From Octopus sinensis (Eukaryota), in contig NW_021836230.1 of assembly GCF_006345805.1 (NCBI RefSeq), forward strand, positions 1 through 24,786: 24,786 nucleotides of DNA, read 5' to 3'. The position numbers and the translations under genes are program-made. The notes beneath the pieces are model-generated. The model saw nothing but the letters and a program-made list of their open reading frames with translations, did not search any database and was not told where the DNA came from. Position 1 is the stretch's first letter, and each line of letters starts with the position of its first letter. Below are positions 10,233 through 23,662 of this stretch, in pieces.

Positions 10233-10386
10233 CTCTCCTTGTTTTTTTTTTTTTCTGTGTATCTTTCTGTTGAAGAGCGTAGGCTCGAAACGTAAAAGAC
10301 TTGTTTTATTTCTATTCCTGAGCGCTATACTAATACATTTGTTTGTTTGTACTCCACCTGCCTTCATCTTTTGTTTATTTTCGTAA
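10233..10386 (+). repeat. Dispersed repeat with hammerhead-like motif (Penelope-like terminal repeat?); inverted second copy at 1021-1170
   Basis: Reverse complement of 10233-10386 aligns with 1021-1170 along its length with scattered mismatches. Confidence 0.75.
10262..10299 (+). ncRNA. Minimal type I hammerhead-like motif with a non-canonical core
   Basis: Stem I TCTTT/AAAGA; core CTGTTGA; extra A; stem II GAGC-GTAG-GCTC; GAAA; palindromic ACGT helix III; GUA site. A6 is replaced by U. Confidence 0.5.
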
Positions 10387-10400
10387 ACCCGGTATATATA

Positions 10401-10403
<3 letters not shown>

Positions 10404-10465
<62 letters not shown>

Positions 10466-10925
10466 GAGTGAGAGAGCAGTGCATGCCATCAAAGTGACAC
10501 TGGGGTAAAATATACGAAGCCCAGTATACCCATCATGACTACCCGTCTGATAAGGGTACACTAGGCACATGCATCACAACCATATGTGCGCGACATGGTG
10601 ATCTCATATCAAGATAAACAGCACATGACCTTGCAGGTGGGGCCCAGTTAGAATTTTCTTCAGGTTGAGTAACCCATCCCGCTCAAAAGGTCCCTGAATA
10701 AGGGTTGTTTAAGCATGTTGAACGAAACACCCATGTTTCCAGAGGTGAGTTATTCAAATCCCAAAGAATCCCTCTCAACACATGGCTATGATGCTCCCCC
10801 ACTACTTCTGCTCGTGATCAGAGATGCACATATCGCCAGCCACTAAGGGACATGCTCAACTGGTTAAGGTCAAACAACTGACAAGCAAATCTGTGGTATT
10901 GAGCAGAATATTTGCTGTAGCCCAT
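10404..10925 (-). mobile_element. Probable 3' end of a non-LTR retroelement/SINE with an (AAT)n tail
   Basis: GC-normal ~460 bp block abutting a ~60 bp (TAT)n tract; resembles an abundant octopus repeat as I recall it; no ORF. Confidence 0.45.
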
Positions 10926-11560
10926 CATATCATTATTATTATTATTTATAACATGCATACATACATACATAAATACATACACACATACGTACGTACGTCT
11001 ACCAAATCTACTCACAAGGCATTTTTCATAAACTAGGGGGAGGCTACTGACATTAAGCTTAAAGATTATATAATGTACAAGTATAAAGAAAGAATTAAAG
11101 AAAAAAAGGACTCATTATATTGAATGTTATCGATTATATCGAGTGGAAATAGGGGGCGCTTCAGTTCCGCAGTGCCTATACAGGAGCCGCCACTGGTTGA
11201 CTGAATTGCAGAGGAAGTGAGTGAACCACGTTTACTGTGTTTGGGCGGTTTCCAGAAGCAAGTGCACAAAGCCCCTCAGTACATACACCACTTCTCCACT
11301 GATGAATACACCACGAAGTAAAGACAAGTCAATACTCTTGCAGCATTCATGGAGCCACAGGTAGTGCTAGATATTGGTTAAGTATGAGATTCTCAACCAT
11401 TTTCTGTTTTTTTTTTGCCTGTGAAATCCTTCCGTTCCTTTTTTACTCGGGGTTGGAGGGACCCTCGTGGCCATTCGATGTCTAAAATTTGTTATTAAAT
11501 ATTATTAAATATTTTGTGCATTGTAGAAGTATAACGAGTCTATTGCACAAATTTTATAAG

Positions 11561-12125
11561 GACCCCCAAGTATCATATGGGCCCTGGTTGAGGACCACTA
11601 GAACCCGACATATTTACCTCAGGGTCCCCACCCTCCAAGTTTCCTGTACAGGTTTACTCCCTTAGCCTTTTTTCTTTGAAACGCTCAGTATATTGCTCCC
11701 CTACGCAGAAAGGGGTTTATTATAATAAATTTTATCAACAAAATCTTAAAAGGGACCCCCTCACAAAAGGTCATAGAGACCCTGAATGAGAATCACTGGA
11801 AACGGACATATCTACCTTAGGGTCATCACTGTCCGGATTTTCTGGCTGGTGGGGTTGCTCCCTTAGCTTTTTTTTTTGAAACGCTCAATATATCGCTCCC
11901 CAACGCAGAAGGGGGTTTATTATAATAAATTTCAACAACAAAATCATAAATGGACCCCCGCACCACCCAAAGGTCATATAGACTCTGGTTGAGTACCACT
12001 GGAAACGGACATATCTACCTTAGAGTCACCACTGTCTGGATTTTCTGTCTGGTGGGGTTGCTCCCTTAGCCCTTTTTGAAACGCTCAATATATCGCCCCA
12101 CAGGGCACCAGGGGTTTATTATTAC
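11561..12125 (+). repeat. Tandem array of a ~193-199 bp unit, about 3 copies
   Basis: Units start gacccc at 11561, 11754 and 11953; shared ctcccttagc..tttgaaacgctca.tatat.gctcccc.acgcagaa.ggggtttattataataaatt. Confidence 0.9.
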
Positions 12126-12353
12126 ACGAGGCATGGTTTGTGCAAGACCAGTCCCACTGTTTCCTCCTTTAAATTTGTATTGGTCTGGGGCACAATTGCC
12201 ATCCGCCCACTAGTTATCAGGAGGTAGAGTTTGTAGAGAGTTGTCTTCTCTTAAATGAGCAGCTAAGGAGCCGAAGGGCCTCATCTACATTGAGTCCGTT
12301 GAGGTATCTGTAAGTGACCTTCGTCATGAGCCAATTCCCTAACATGCTAATAC

Positions 12354-12412
<59 letters not shown>

Positions 12413-12415
<3 letters not shown>

Positions 12416-12532
12416 GGGGTCGATAAATTAAGTACCAATTACGCACTTGGATCGATGTAATCGACTTAATCCGTTTGTCTGTCCTTGTTTGTCCCCTCTA
12501 TGTTTAGCCCCTTGTGGGTAATAAAGAAACAG
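12413..12532 (+). mobile_element. SINE family 2, 3' half
   Basis: ttcggggtcgataaattaagtacc...gccccttgtgggtaataaagaaa, embedded in (TAT)n. Confidence 0.85.
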
Positions 12533-12551
12533 AATTATTATTATTATTACC

Positions 12552-12616
<65 letters not shown>

Positions 12617-12633
12617 GGTTATTATTATTATTG

Positions 12634-12670
<37 letters not shown>

Positions 12671-12676
12671 ACCGGA

Positions 12677-12872
12677 ACTCCGTCGGTTACGACGATGAGG
12701 GTCCCAGTTGATCCGATCAACGGAACAGCTTACTCGTCCAATTAACGTGCAGGTGGTTGAACACTCCACAGACGCGTGTAATAAAGTGTCTTGCTCAAGA
12801 ACACAACTCGCCATCAAGAATCGAACTCATCATCTTGGGCCGAATACCATAATCACTAAGCCACGCGCCTTT
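12677..12872 (-). mobile_element. tRNA-derived SINE family 3, internally deleted
   Basis: Reverse-strand head aaggcgcgtggcttagtg...gagttcgattc...gtgttcttgagcaagacactttatt; 3' part is shared with 6611-6786. Confidence 0.75.
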
Positions 12873-13853
12873 CCTAAGCTGCTAATTAATCCATAGATGG
12901 AACTCTGACAGGTGCTAGTATTCCGGGTCAGAGTTCACCTGGGAACAATATTGTCTAAGGAGTGGTTTTACATTTCCCCAAAAGCTTGGAACTCACAAGA
13001 TTAGGGTCCCGCCATCGGATACAGCCCCGAGACCCGAGACCCGAGACAACAACAACAACAACAACGACAACAACAGCAACAACAATAATAACTGAAAGGA
13101 GAAAGCTACGACACGCTAGAAATAGCAGCCAAATTCGCCCTCAAATCACATTCAGCATACTTTGGACGATTTAGTCATTTGCAATACAAAAAGTTCAGAT
13201 AGGTCACGACTGGAGCGCTTCTGATCATTTGTCTACTCGATGACCCACAACCATCAGCATCAGCATCACCAACAACATCAACAATAAAAGTGAAAAACAC
13301 TTTTTTAACATGAAATATGGTGTTATTTCAATCTGTTCAGCCTTCCCTAACTTATTGACAAAGTTATGATACACACAACTTCTGTGTGTGTGTGTGTGTG
13401 TGTGGTGTGTGTGTGTGCCTGCATGTATGTGTGTGTGCATGTATGTATGTATAAATCTATGTATAAGTGTATGTATATAAATACAAATAAACAGATAGAT
13501 TATATATTTAAACGTGTGTATACAGAATATATGTATGTATGTATGCATATATATATATATATATATATACATGCACACGCTCACATATATACATACATGC
13601 ATACATACATACATACATACATACATACATACATACATAATACATACATGCATACATACATACATACATTCATATATATATATAAATCTAACGTGACAAT
13701 TATTTACATATTAACTTTACAGATAAATTCCTCTGTTTACATAATACCGAGGTCTCTTTCATTCTTTTGTTATCTTACCATTTCTATCAATATATGTATA
13801 TATATACCTACAACTCCACTTTGTTATATATATATTTTTCTATATATATATAC

Positions 13854-13920
<67 letters not shown>

Positions 13921-14088
13921 GTATGTATTATATTATATATATGTATATATATATGTAGGTCCCGGGTGATTCGGGGTTAACCACAGTAAATAAGGTACTC
14001 AATAAGGTACTCAAATCTTGAATGAAACAGTTCTAGTCCTGTAGAAGCTCCTTCTATATAATAAATATATATATATATATATATATAC

Positions 14089-14149
<61 letters not shown>

Positions 14150-14175
14150 GTATATATATATACATACACACACAC

Positions 14176-14234
<59 letters not shown>

Positions 14235-14365
14235 GGAAAGAGAGAGACAGAGAGATCAATCGGATAAATAAACATAAATAAATTCGTGTATACATACATA
14301 TATATATATACAGCTATATATATGTGTATATTCTCTCTCTCTCTTTATATATACACATGTATAAA

Positions 14366-14411
<46 letters not shown>

Positions 14412-14727
14412 TTATACACACATTGGTACACACAATTACATATACATATACATATACATCGTATACTGTTATCCCACATCCGAACACACGCTTTCGTAAG
14501 AAACATTGTCCAACTTATTTTATCACCAAGAACATATTCGAATACACACACACACACACACACACACACAATTTATATAAGATTTTATATATATCTATAT
14601 ACATTCAAGTACTTACAAACTAGCGGGTGAGGGGTTCGAATAAAGATCCCGTCCTGCAATTATTAAACTTTCTACTACGTCATGGCACCACCAAATTTCT
14701 ACAGAACTTAGAAGAATTCAAAAATCT

Positions 14728-14758
<31 letters not shown>

Positions 14759-14890
14759 TCAAACCGAAAAAACTTTTTTTTGTCTCTTTATCTAATTACG
14801 TGTTCTTCCCTCTCTCTCCCTCTCTCCCTCTCCCTCTCTTTCTCCCCTTCTCTCTCACTCCTTCGTCCTCCTCCTCTCTCATTGTATTAT

Positions 14891-14926
<36 letters not shown>

Positions 14927-15399
14927 GTATTAATAGACTCACAGAGGCTGTATTCCCTAACGGTATTCCTGTCTCTCACTACTACCACATGTCCCTCATA
15001 CCATATCAATTTACCAAAGACTTCTCTACTCCCCTGTTCTCTCTCTCTCTCTCTGTTTCTCTCTCCCTCTTTATATTGCACCTGATAGTTTCACCTCTAC
15101 CTTCTACCCTTCATACTCCTCCCCCAAACCCATCGTCATACTGAACACCCCCCTCTCTATCGCTCTCTGTCTATCTACATTTTTTTTCCTTCTCTTTCTC
15201 TCATTCTCCCCTGCTTTCTTTTTTTTTTTTTCGTTTACCTTATTCTAAGACACACTTTACAGACTCATAAACAACTTTACCCTCCCCCACCTCTCTCTCT
15301 GTACACACACACACACACACAAACATATGCATAGATAGTTATAAGTGAGCAATGAAGTTTCTCGTATATTCCATATTCCGTCTCTATCATTTGTTTTTG

Positions 15400-16960
<1,561 letters not shown>

Positions 16961-17094
16961 TAGAACGCACGCGAATAGATATTTGTGATGCGTGTATTTG
17001 TGCATGTGTGTGTGTGTTCGTGTATGTGGGAACGAAATAATGGAGAAATTGAAGTGCAATTAAACAGAGAGAAGACAAAATTGTAAATAAAGAA

Positions 17095-17132
<38 letters not shown>

Positions 17133-17227
17133 AAGAGAGTATGAGAGGGAAAGAGTGGGCGACAGAAGTTTATACGTTGACCCACACTAAGCGCTGGTAG
17201 AGGAGTGATAGGATGAGGGGAGAGTAT

Positions 17228-17650
17228 ATATTTCTTTACCACCCACAAGGGGCTAAAAAACAGAGGGGCACAAACAAGGACAGACAAACGGATTTGAAGT
17301 CGATTACATCGACTCCAGTGCAAACTGGTACGTTATTTATCGCCCCGAAAGGATGATGAAAGGCAAAGTCGAACCTCGGGCGGAATTTGAAATCAGAAAC
17401 GAGCGGCAGACGAAATAACTATTTCTTTACTACCCACAAGGGGCTACACACAGAGGGGACAAATAAGGACAGACAAACGGATGAAGTGATTACATCGACC
17501 CCAGTGCGAAGCTGGTACTTTATTTATCGACCCCGAAAGGATGAAAGGCAAAGTCGACCTCGGCGGAATTTGAACTCAGAACGTAACGGCAGACGAAATA
17601 TGGCTACGCATTTCGTCCGGCGTGCTAACGTTTCTGCCAGCTCGCCGCCT
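17228..17650 (-). mobile_element. Two head-to-tail SINE family 2 copies (17420-17650 full; 17228-17419 5'-truncated)
   Basis: Both are reverse complements of the 23432-23662 element. Confidence 0.88.
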
Positions 17651-18034
17651 TATGAGGGGAGAATATAGAAAGGTAGGCAGCCAGGAGAGTTTCCAATGCT
17701 GAGAATATGCAAACGCTTAGGGTCTCTCAAACTCCTGAACAAGCTGCGTCCAGGAATGCATAAAATGTTTTTACCAAGAGGAGAGAGAGAGAGGGCATAT
17801 TAGAAACACCTGAACAAGATGAATCTAAGTGAGATTCCAATGTAGGCAACATCAGAAGAGTAAGGGGTTCAGAATCACTAGAGCAATCAGAAACCTTAGG
17901 GCTTCCAATGTTGTACAGGGGCTAGCTTAGAAGCCGTCCCCGATAAGGTTCGAAAATCGATTAAGGTTGTGCATCGTTTTTTCAGGCTGTGGAGAAATGG
18001 TTAAAATTTGCGCCGTTTGTAATTGTACAATACG

Positions 18035-18340
18035 TCACACACATACACGCACACATACATACACACAAACACACACACACACACACGCAGACACACACAC
18101 ACACAGACACACACACACAGACACACACACACACACTCACACACACACAGACATACACACTCACACACACACAGACACACACACGGACACAGACACAGAC
18201 ACACACACAGACACACACACAGACACACACACACACACTCACACACACAGAGACATACACACACACACACACACGCAGACACACACGCAGACACACACAC
18301 ACACACATACAGACACAGACACACACACACACAGACACAA

Positions 18341-18383
<43 letters not shown>

Positions 18384-18392
18384 ACACACACA
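18035..18392 (+). repeat. (CA)n/(CAGA) compound microsatellite
   Basis: Direct inspection. Confidence 0.95.
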
Positions 18393-18574
18393 AGTTACCA
18401 AGAGCACGCAAAGAAATTCACGGCCAATTTGAAGTAAGGGAATTAACCCTAGATTTATTTCCTTTACATTTTTATCTCCCTTACCCCGATTGTCTTGTTT
18501 CAAATTTAATTACTTGGGGCTTAATGCACCCAACACATTTCAAAGAAATGTTATTTTTTACCTTTTGATTTGTT

Positions 18575-18680
18575 CACCTCGATACACAAGCATGGACGTG
18601 TGGTTATAAACGTGTGCTTCGCAACCGCGTGGCTTTGGTTCCAGTCACACTGTGCAGTATCTTGGACATGTACCATTTAA
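18575..18680 (+). mobile_element. Degenerate SINE family 1 head
   Basis: gtgtggttataaacgtgtgcttcgcaaccgcgtggctttggttccagtcacactg aligns loosely to the head consensus. Confidence 0.55.
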
Positions 18681-19032
18681 TATAACCGGTGTCGAATAAT
18701 CAGAAATGAGCCCAACGAAGGAGGGGTGGAGTGGCTGTTGCAGTGAGTGCCGCTGGCCATTCTCTGTGGCATCATCATCGCCGTCATATCAGCAGGGCAC
18801 GGTTGAACAGGGTGCGGTTGTTCTGGGGTGTACTCTCCCCCCACCCCATTTTCTGCTGGTTAATCCCCACCTTTTTTCTTTTTCTTTGTTTCCTTCTAAA
18901 AATATTGTGTTTGGGCCTTTTATGTAAATAAAATAGTTAAGAAGAAAACAATGCAAAAGCAAAATAAAAATAAAAAAGCAATGACTTGTAATTAAATTTG
19001 ATCGGCAGAAAATATAGGGATAAAAGGAGAGG

Positions 19033-19083
<51 letters not shown>

Positions 19084-19130
19084 GAGAGAAAGACAGATAG
19101 ATAAATAGATAGACAGACAGACAGACAGAC

Positions 19131-19331
<201 letters not shown>

Positions 19332-19354
<23 letters not shown>

Positions 19355-19385
19355 AAAAATAATATCCCGGAAACAGCTGGAAGAC
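19332..19385 (+). ncRNA. Degenerate minimal type I hammerhead motif
   Basis: GTCT-CCGATGA-A-GGGATAT...ATATCCC-G-GAAA-CAGCTG-GA-AGAC. Stems I, II and III are present; two core changes (U4C, U16.1G). Confidence 0.55.
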
Positions 19386-20339
19386 CTTCTCTTTATAAAT
19401 GTTCTGAAATCTTCCACTGCCTTGGATATTTATTTAATTCTGTGCGTGTGTGCGTTTCAGATGACAACACCCCGGTGGATCAAATGCGTGCGTGAGTATT
19501 TCAATACCAAACAATTGATGATTTATTCTCTGGATGCACTCCAAGATGGTTGTGGACCTTTTATACTCAAAATCTTAATCTAAAACTAAGAAAAATAGCT
19601 TCAAAGCGACATCAGCATCTCCGATCAACAATGGTGGATCTGAAGTCAAGTTTTAGTAAAATAGAAGTTACCTCCCTTAGACTACGAACTTTCTTATTCA
19701 TCGTATTATCTGTTACGAGTTACTTCCCCTAAACAATTGTCTTTGGTTTTGTAAAACTAAAACCCATTTTAGCAAAATTTTCACCCGTTTTTTATGGATT
19801 ATGATGCTAATGTTTCTTCTAAGCCATCCTGCGACTTTATTTCCTCTTAACTTTCTCTCAAAGATGGATAGTTTTTCGTTAAATTTACGATTAATGTAAT
19901 GAGTAAAGAATAAAAAATAGACAGAAAAAAGATGGCTCCCGCACAACATCAAAACTTATGAGGAAACAAAGTCAATGTGTAAATTATTCAATCCAAACCC
20001 ATTTTCTTTCTTTTTTTTCTTTTTTACATCAAATTCCGACATTGTCATATTAAAATAAAAATATGTTTGTGATTATTTACCACTCTGTTCTATTCGTATG
20101 TTGTGCCATGACGAAGCCACCTTTATCTTTTCTTCCTTTCTAGTCAGCACCGTGCATTCCTTACTCTTTCCCTCTCTTCTACATTATCAACTAGCAACCA
20201 GCAAGCGAACTTGTCACTGCCACTACAATTACCGTATTTTCCAGTATATAAGCCGCTATTTGTTTTGTTTTACCTTCATCTTTTGATAATGTTATTTTTT
20301 GTCTAATAAAGACTTTTATATTGACGAAATATACTACAT

Positions 20340-20480
20340 ATACGTCGACAACAAAATAGCTAAGTGCGGACTCGTGGTGACATTTAGTAGAGATGACCCG
20401 GAAGTTGTTCCTCTTCGATTACTATCGTAAACAGCAGTTGCTTTCTTCAACCGAATACACGTCGTTGATTGGTCGAAATT
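20340..20480. promoter_or_regulatory. Candidate housekeeping-type promoter (ETS and CCAAT motifs, locally CpG-rich)
   Basis: CCGGAAGT at 20398-20405 and GATTGG at 20467-20472 in unique sequence; minus-strand donor-like ACG|GTAATT near 20234. Motif evidence only. Confidence 0.3.
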
Positions 20481-20835
20481 ACCCAGATACGACAACTTTA
20501 ACACGAAATAATTTCTAAAATACGAAATGTAGTGAAAACTTTCGGCGTAAACCGTGTTCTACGTGAGAAATTTTACCAGTATTCTAAGTTTCAATCTGTT
20601 TAGTTATAAAAAAAATTAATTTAAAAATCTGTGATTGAAATGGAATAGATCCGGCAAATGATCCAAATTCACTGCAACTACCTTGGAAAAGAATTACTCT
20701 TCTTGGTAAAAGTGTAAAATCACCATATCTGCCCAGTGCTTCCCTCTAGTGTCTCTGGCTCTTTTTCTTACCATAATCAATCAGTGACTGATTACGGTTG
20801 CACACCGTCTGGTCACCCCAAATACAGGGTGTGAA

Positions 20836-20980
20836 CCTCTTAATCCGCAACCACCTTCAGGCAACTTCTGCCATCTCCACTGCCATTCTGGTGGCCTTCC
20901 CTTTACTGGACCCTGTGAAGCCAAGCCTGCTGAAAGCTCTGAAGAGGGAGTGGTCTACAAACCCTTGTATCCACCACCTC
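20836..20980 (-). mobile_element. C-terminal remnant of a REL-endonuclease non-LTR retrotransposon (HERO/NeSL-like)
   Basis: EV(G)..GFVDHSLFRAFSRLGFTGSSKGKATRMAVEMAEVA*RWLRIKR resembles the EVGCRGF..SL.RA...LG..G...A....AE.ASRWLW.KR terminus as I recall it. Confidence 0.55.
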
Positions 20981-21413
20981 GTTGAATAATAAAGAAGTAG
21001 TACACGGTTAAGGAGAGGGCTGATAGAATGGAACACAACCTACCATTCTTATGGCAGACGATTCATTCTTGAAATGATGCTGAGAAAATAAAGAAATGGA
21101 CCTCAATGTGCCAAGAAGCTCTACAGACAGTGCTATGTAGATGATGAAAATGGTACTAGAATGGTACGGACATTACTAGATCTTGAGAGGGAGATATTTG
21201 GCCAATGAGCCTTGCTCTGAGGTTTGGTCATGTTGGATGGATAAGATCCCCACTGAGACGAACATCATCATTATTATTATTATTATTATGTTGTTGTTGT
21301 TGTTGCAATTTTCCTGACAGATGGACTAATGAGCTCGTGTGGAATTCGTCCTGCCAATACATAAACATCTGTTATTAATTACCGCCTCTGGCACTCAATA
21401 ACTCACTCGGGCG

Positions 21414-21432
21414 GATAGATAGATAGACAGAC

Positions 21433-21488
<56 letters not shown>

Positions 21489-21579
21489 TAGATGATAGAT
21501 AGATAGATAGATAGATAATAATAGATAGATAGATATAGATAGATAGAGATAGATAGATAGATAGATAGAGTAGATAGAT

Positions 21580-21612
<33 letters not shown>

Positions 21613-21725
21613 GAGATAGATAGATAGATATAGATAGTTAGATAGGAGAGAGAGAGAGAGAGAGAGGGGAGAGAGAGAGAGAGAGAAGAGGTAGAGATAG
21701 AAAGAAAGAGAGAAAGAGAGAGGAA
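21414..21725 (+). repeat. (GATA)n then (GA)n microsatellite; similar tract at 19030-19238
   Basis: Direct inspection. Confidence 0.95.
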
Positions 21726-22264
21726 GGGAACGGGAGAGCGGGGGGAGATGTTTACTATGACCTTTAAACAAACAGTAATCTTTGCCAACCAATTTGGTGT
21801 TGGCATTTCGTACTAGGATGGAGACGATGAATAATGGTGGAACGGATACTCAAGACTCTTTGGCATAGCTATCCCTGTCTCTAGCACCAAACACCTGCAA
21901 TGGGATCAAATAAATACCCGCCCGTCCACCCGTGCCGCCCCCCCAGAAGACAATATGGGAGAAATAGATGGGTCACCTCCTCAAAAGTATTGCAGTATTA
22001 ATTATTAGTGGCGAAAGCCGTATCTTTATATCCGACTTAACATGAATGTCTTATTAGATCACCGAATACTGCGTTGTTAGCCTTACGAGATCACCTTGTA
22101 TAGGCGCCTCGTGCATAAAAGCGGACATATAGATAGTAGCAGATGAGAAACATCTGCCATGGACGCCGGAATTCTAGTATCCCATGATTTCATCCTGCTG
22201 GAAATCATCAGTGGAAGGCGTCCGGTCACGGCTTGCCAGTCAAATGTCGCTGCTACGTTACATA

Positions 22265-23077
22265 CGAAGGAGGGCTGAAAAGTTCATAGGCTGGCCACGA
22301 TGCAATGGTCGAACTTGACCAAATGTGCTTTATTTTTCGATATAGTCTCTCCTGCAGTCCATACACTTCTTCCATTGGTGTTGCAGCACTTGGATTCCCG
22401 TGATATAAAAGCCTTCATCCTGACCCTCAAAAAGTCCTCAGCAGCCAAGTGTTTTTTCATGTCGGGGAACAGAAAATAGTCAGATAGTGCCAAATCAGGA
22501 GAATATGGAGGATGGTCAACCAGTTCAAAGCCACAGTAGCGCACAGCAGCGCACAGCAGCGCACAGCAGCCATTGCAACCAGAGGCTTATATGCTGGAGC
22601 ATTGTCCTTGTGTAACAGGACCCTATTAATTATCTGATTAACATTTAAACGTCTGTCATCCATCACCATGTGGTGAACACATCGATGTTTTCTTGGGTGG
22701 TGGCCGTGGCAGGACTTCCGGACCTTGGGTCATCTTCAAGACTCTCCCTACCTCTCTTGAATTCATCTGCCCACTTTTGCACAGTTGGTAAAGTTGGAGC
22801 ATCATCCCCTTATGTAGTAACCATGTCAGCATGGACGTCCTTGGAGGCTAACCCCTTTTTCTGCAGATATTTGATAACACCACGGTACCTTATCCATTTT
22901 CAGGAAATGTCTCTACCTCCACTTTTCCAAGTCCTCAATTTTGTATCCAATGTGGGTTTATCTGGAAAGAAAAAATGCATTTAGCATCAGTAAAGGTTGA
23001 ATTTAACGCATGCCATGTTTAATTACTGTATGACAAATCCTTCTTAGTCAGCTGATGAACTTTTCAGCCCACCCTTG
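22265..23077 (-). mobile_element. Mariner (Tc1/mariner DD34D) transposon, internally deleted and dead
   Basis: TIRs cgaaggagggctgaaaagttcataggct / agctgatgaacttttcagcccacccttg with TA on both sides. Minus-strand remnants: YRGVIKYLQKKGL...KWADEFKRGRESLEDDPRSG (HTH), LLHKDNAPA and HPPYSPDLALSDYFLFP. Contains a stop, frameshifts and a central deletion near 22620. Confidence 0.93.
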
Positions 23078-23431
23078 TAGAATACCAGCATGTTTTCAGA
23101 TATCGATGACGCATATAGTTCGTAGGTTTATCAAAAATTAATTATAAGCAACGGAAGCAGTTTTAATACGTAGGGGTCATCTTTAAACCCAACTTGACAT
23201 GGATGCCTTGTTAGAACACCGAAGACTACGTTATTAGCCTTGAAAAATCCTATTACGTAGGCACTTGGTGCATAAAGGCACACGCATAGATCGTAGTACA
23301 CAAAATTCATCTGTCATGGGGCACCGGAATTCCCCTATCACGGGATTTCGTTCTATTGGACGTCATCAGTGAATGGTATCCGGTGACTGCACGCCAGTCA
23401 AATCTCGGTGACACAATATATAAAATTTCAA

Positions 23432-23662
23432 GTCGGCGAGCTGACAGAAACGTTAGCACGTCGGGCGAAATGCTTAGCGGTATTTCGTCTGTCGTTACGT
23501 TCTGAGTTCAAATTCCGCCAAGGTCGACTTTGCCTTTCATCATTTCGGGGTCGATTAAATAAGTACCAGTTACGCACTGGGTTCGATATAATCGACTTAA
23601 TACTTATGTCTGTCCTTGTTTGTCCCCTCTGCGTGTAGCCCCTTGTGGGCAGTAAAGAAATA
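23432..23662 (+). mobile_element. tRNA-derived SINE family 2, full length
   Basis: ggcgagctgacagaaacgttagcacg...tgagttcaaattccgccaaggtcgactttgcctttcatc...agtaaagaaata; homologous to four other copies in the window. Confidence 0.88.

Noticed and set aside
11561-12125. CRISPR-like or other bacterial array; contamination
   Set aside because: Whole units are homologous with no unique spacers, and the context is plainly animal (spliceosomal introns, SINEs).
21000-21200. YVDD reverse-transcriptase-like peptide on the plus strand
   Set aside because: A four-residue match with stops and no other RT motifs; not enough to call.
22185-22230. Kinase subdomain IX-like LLEIISGRRP
   Set aside because: No DVWSFG or other kinase motifs, and the paralogous copy reads LLDVISEWYP.
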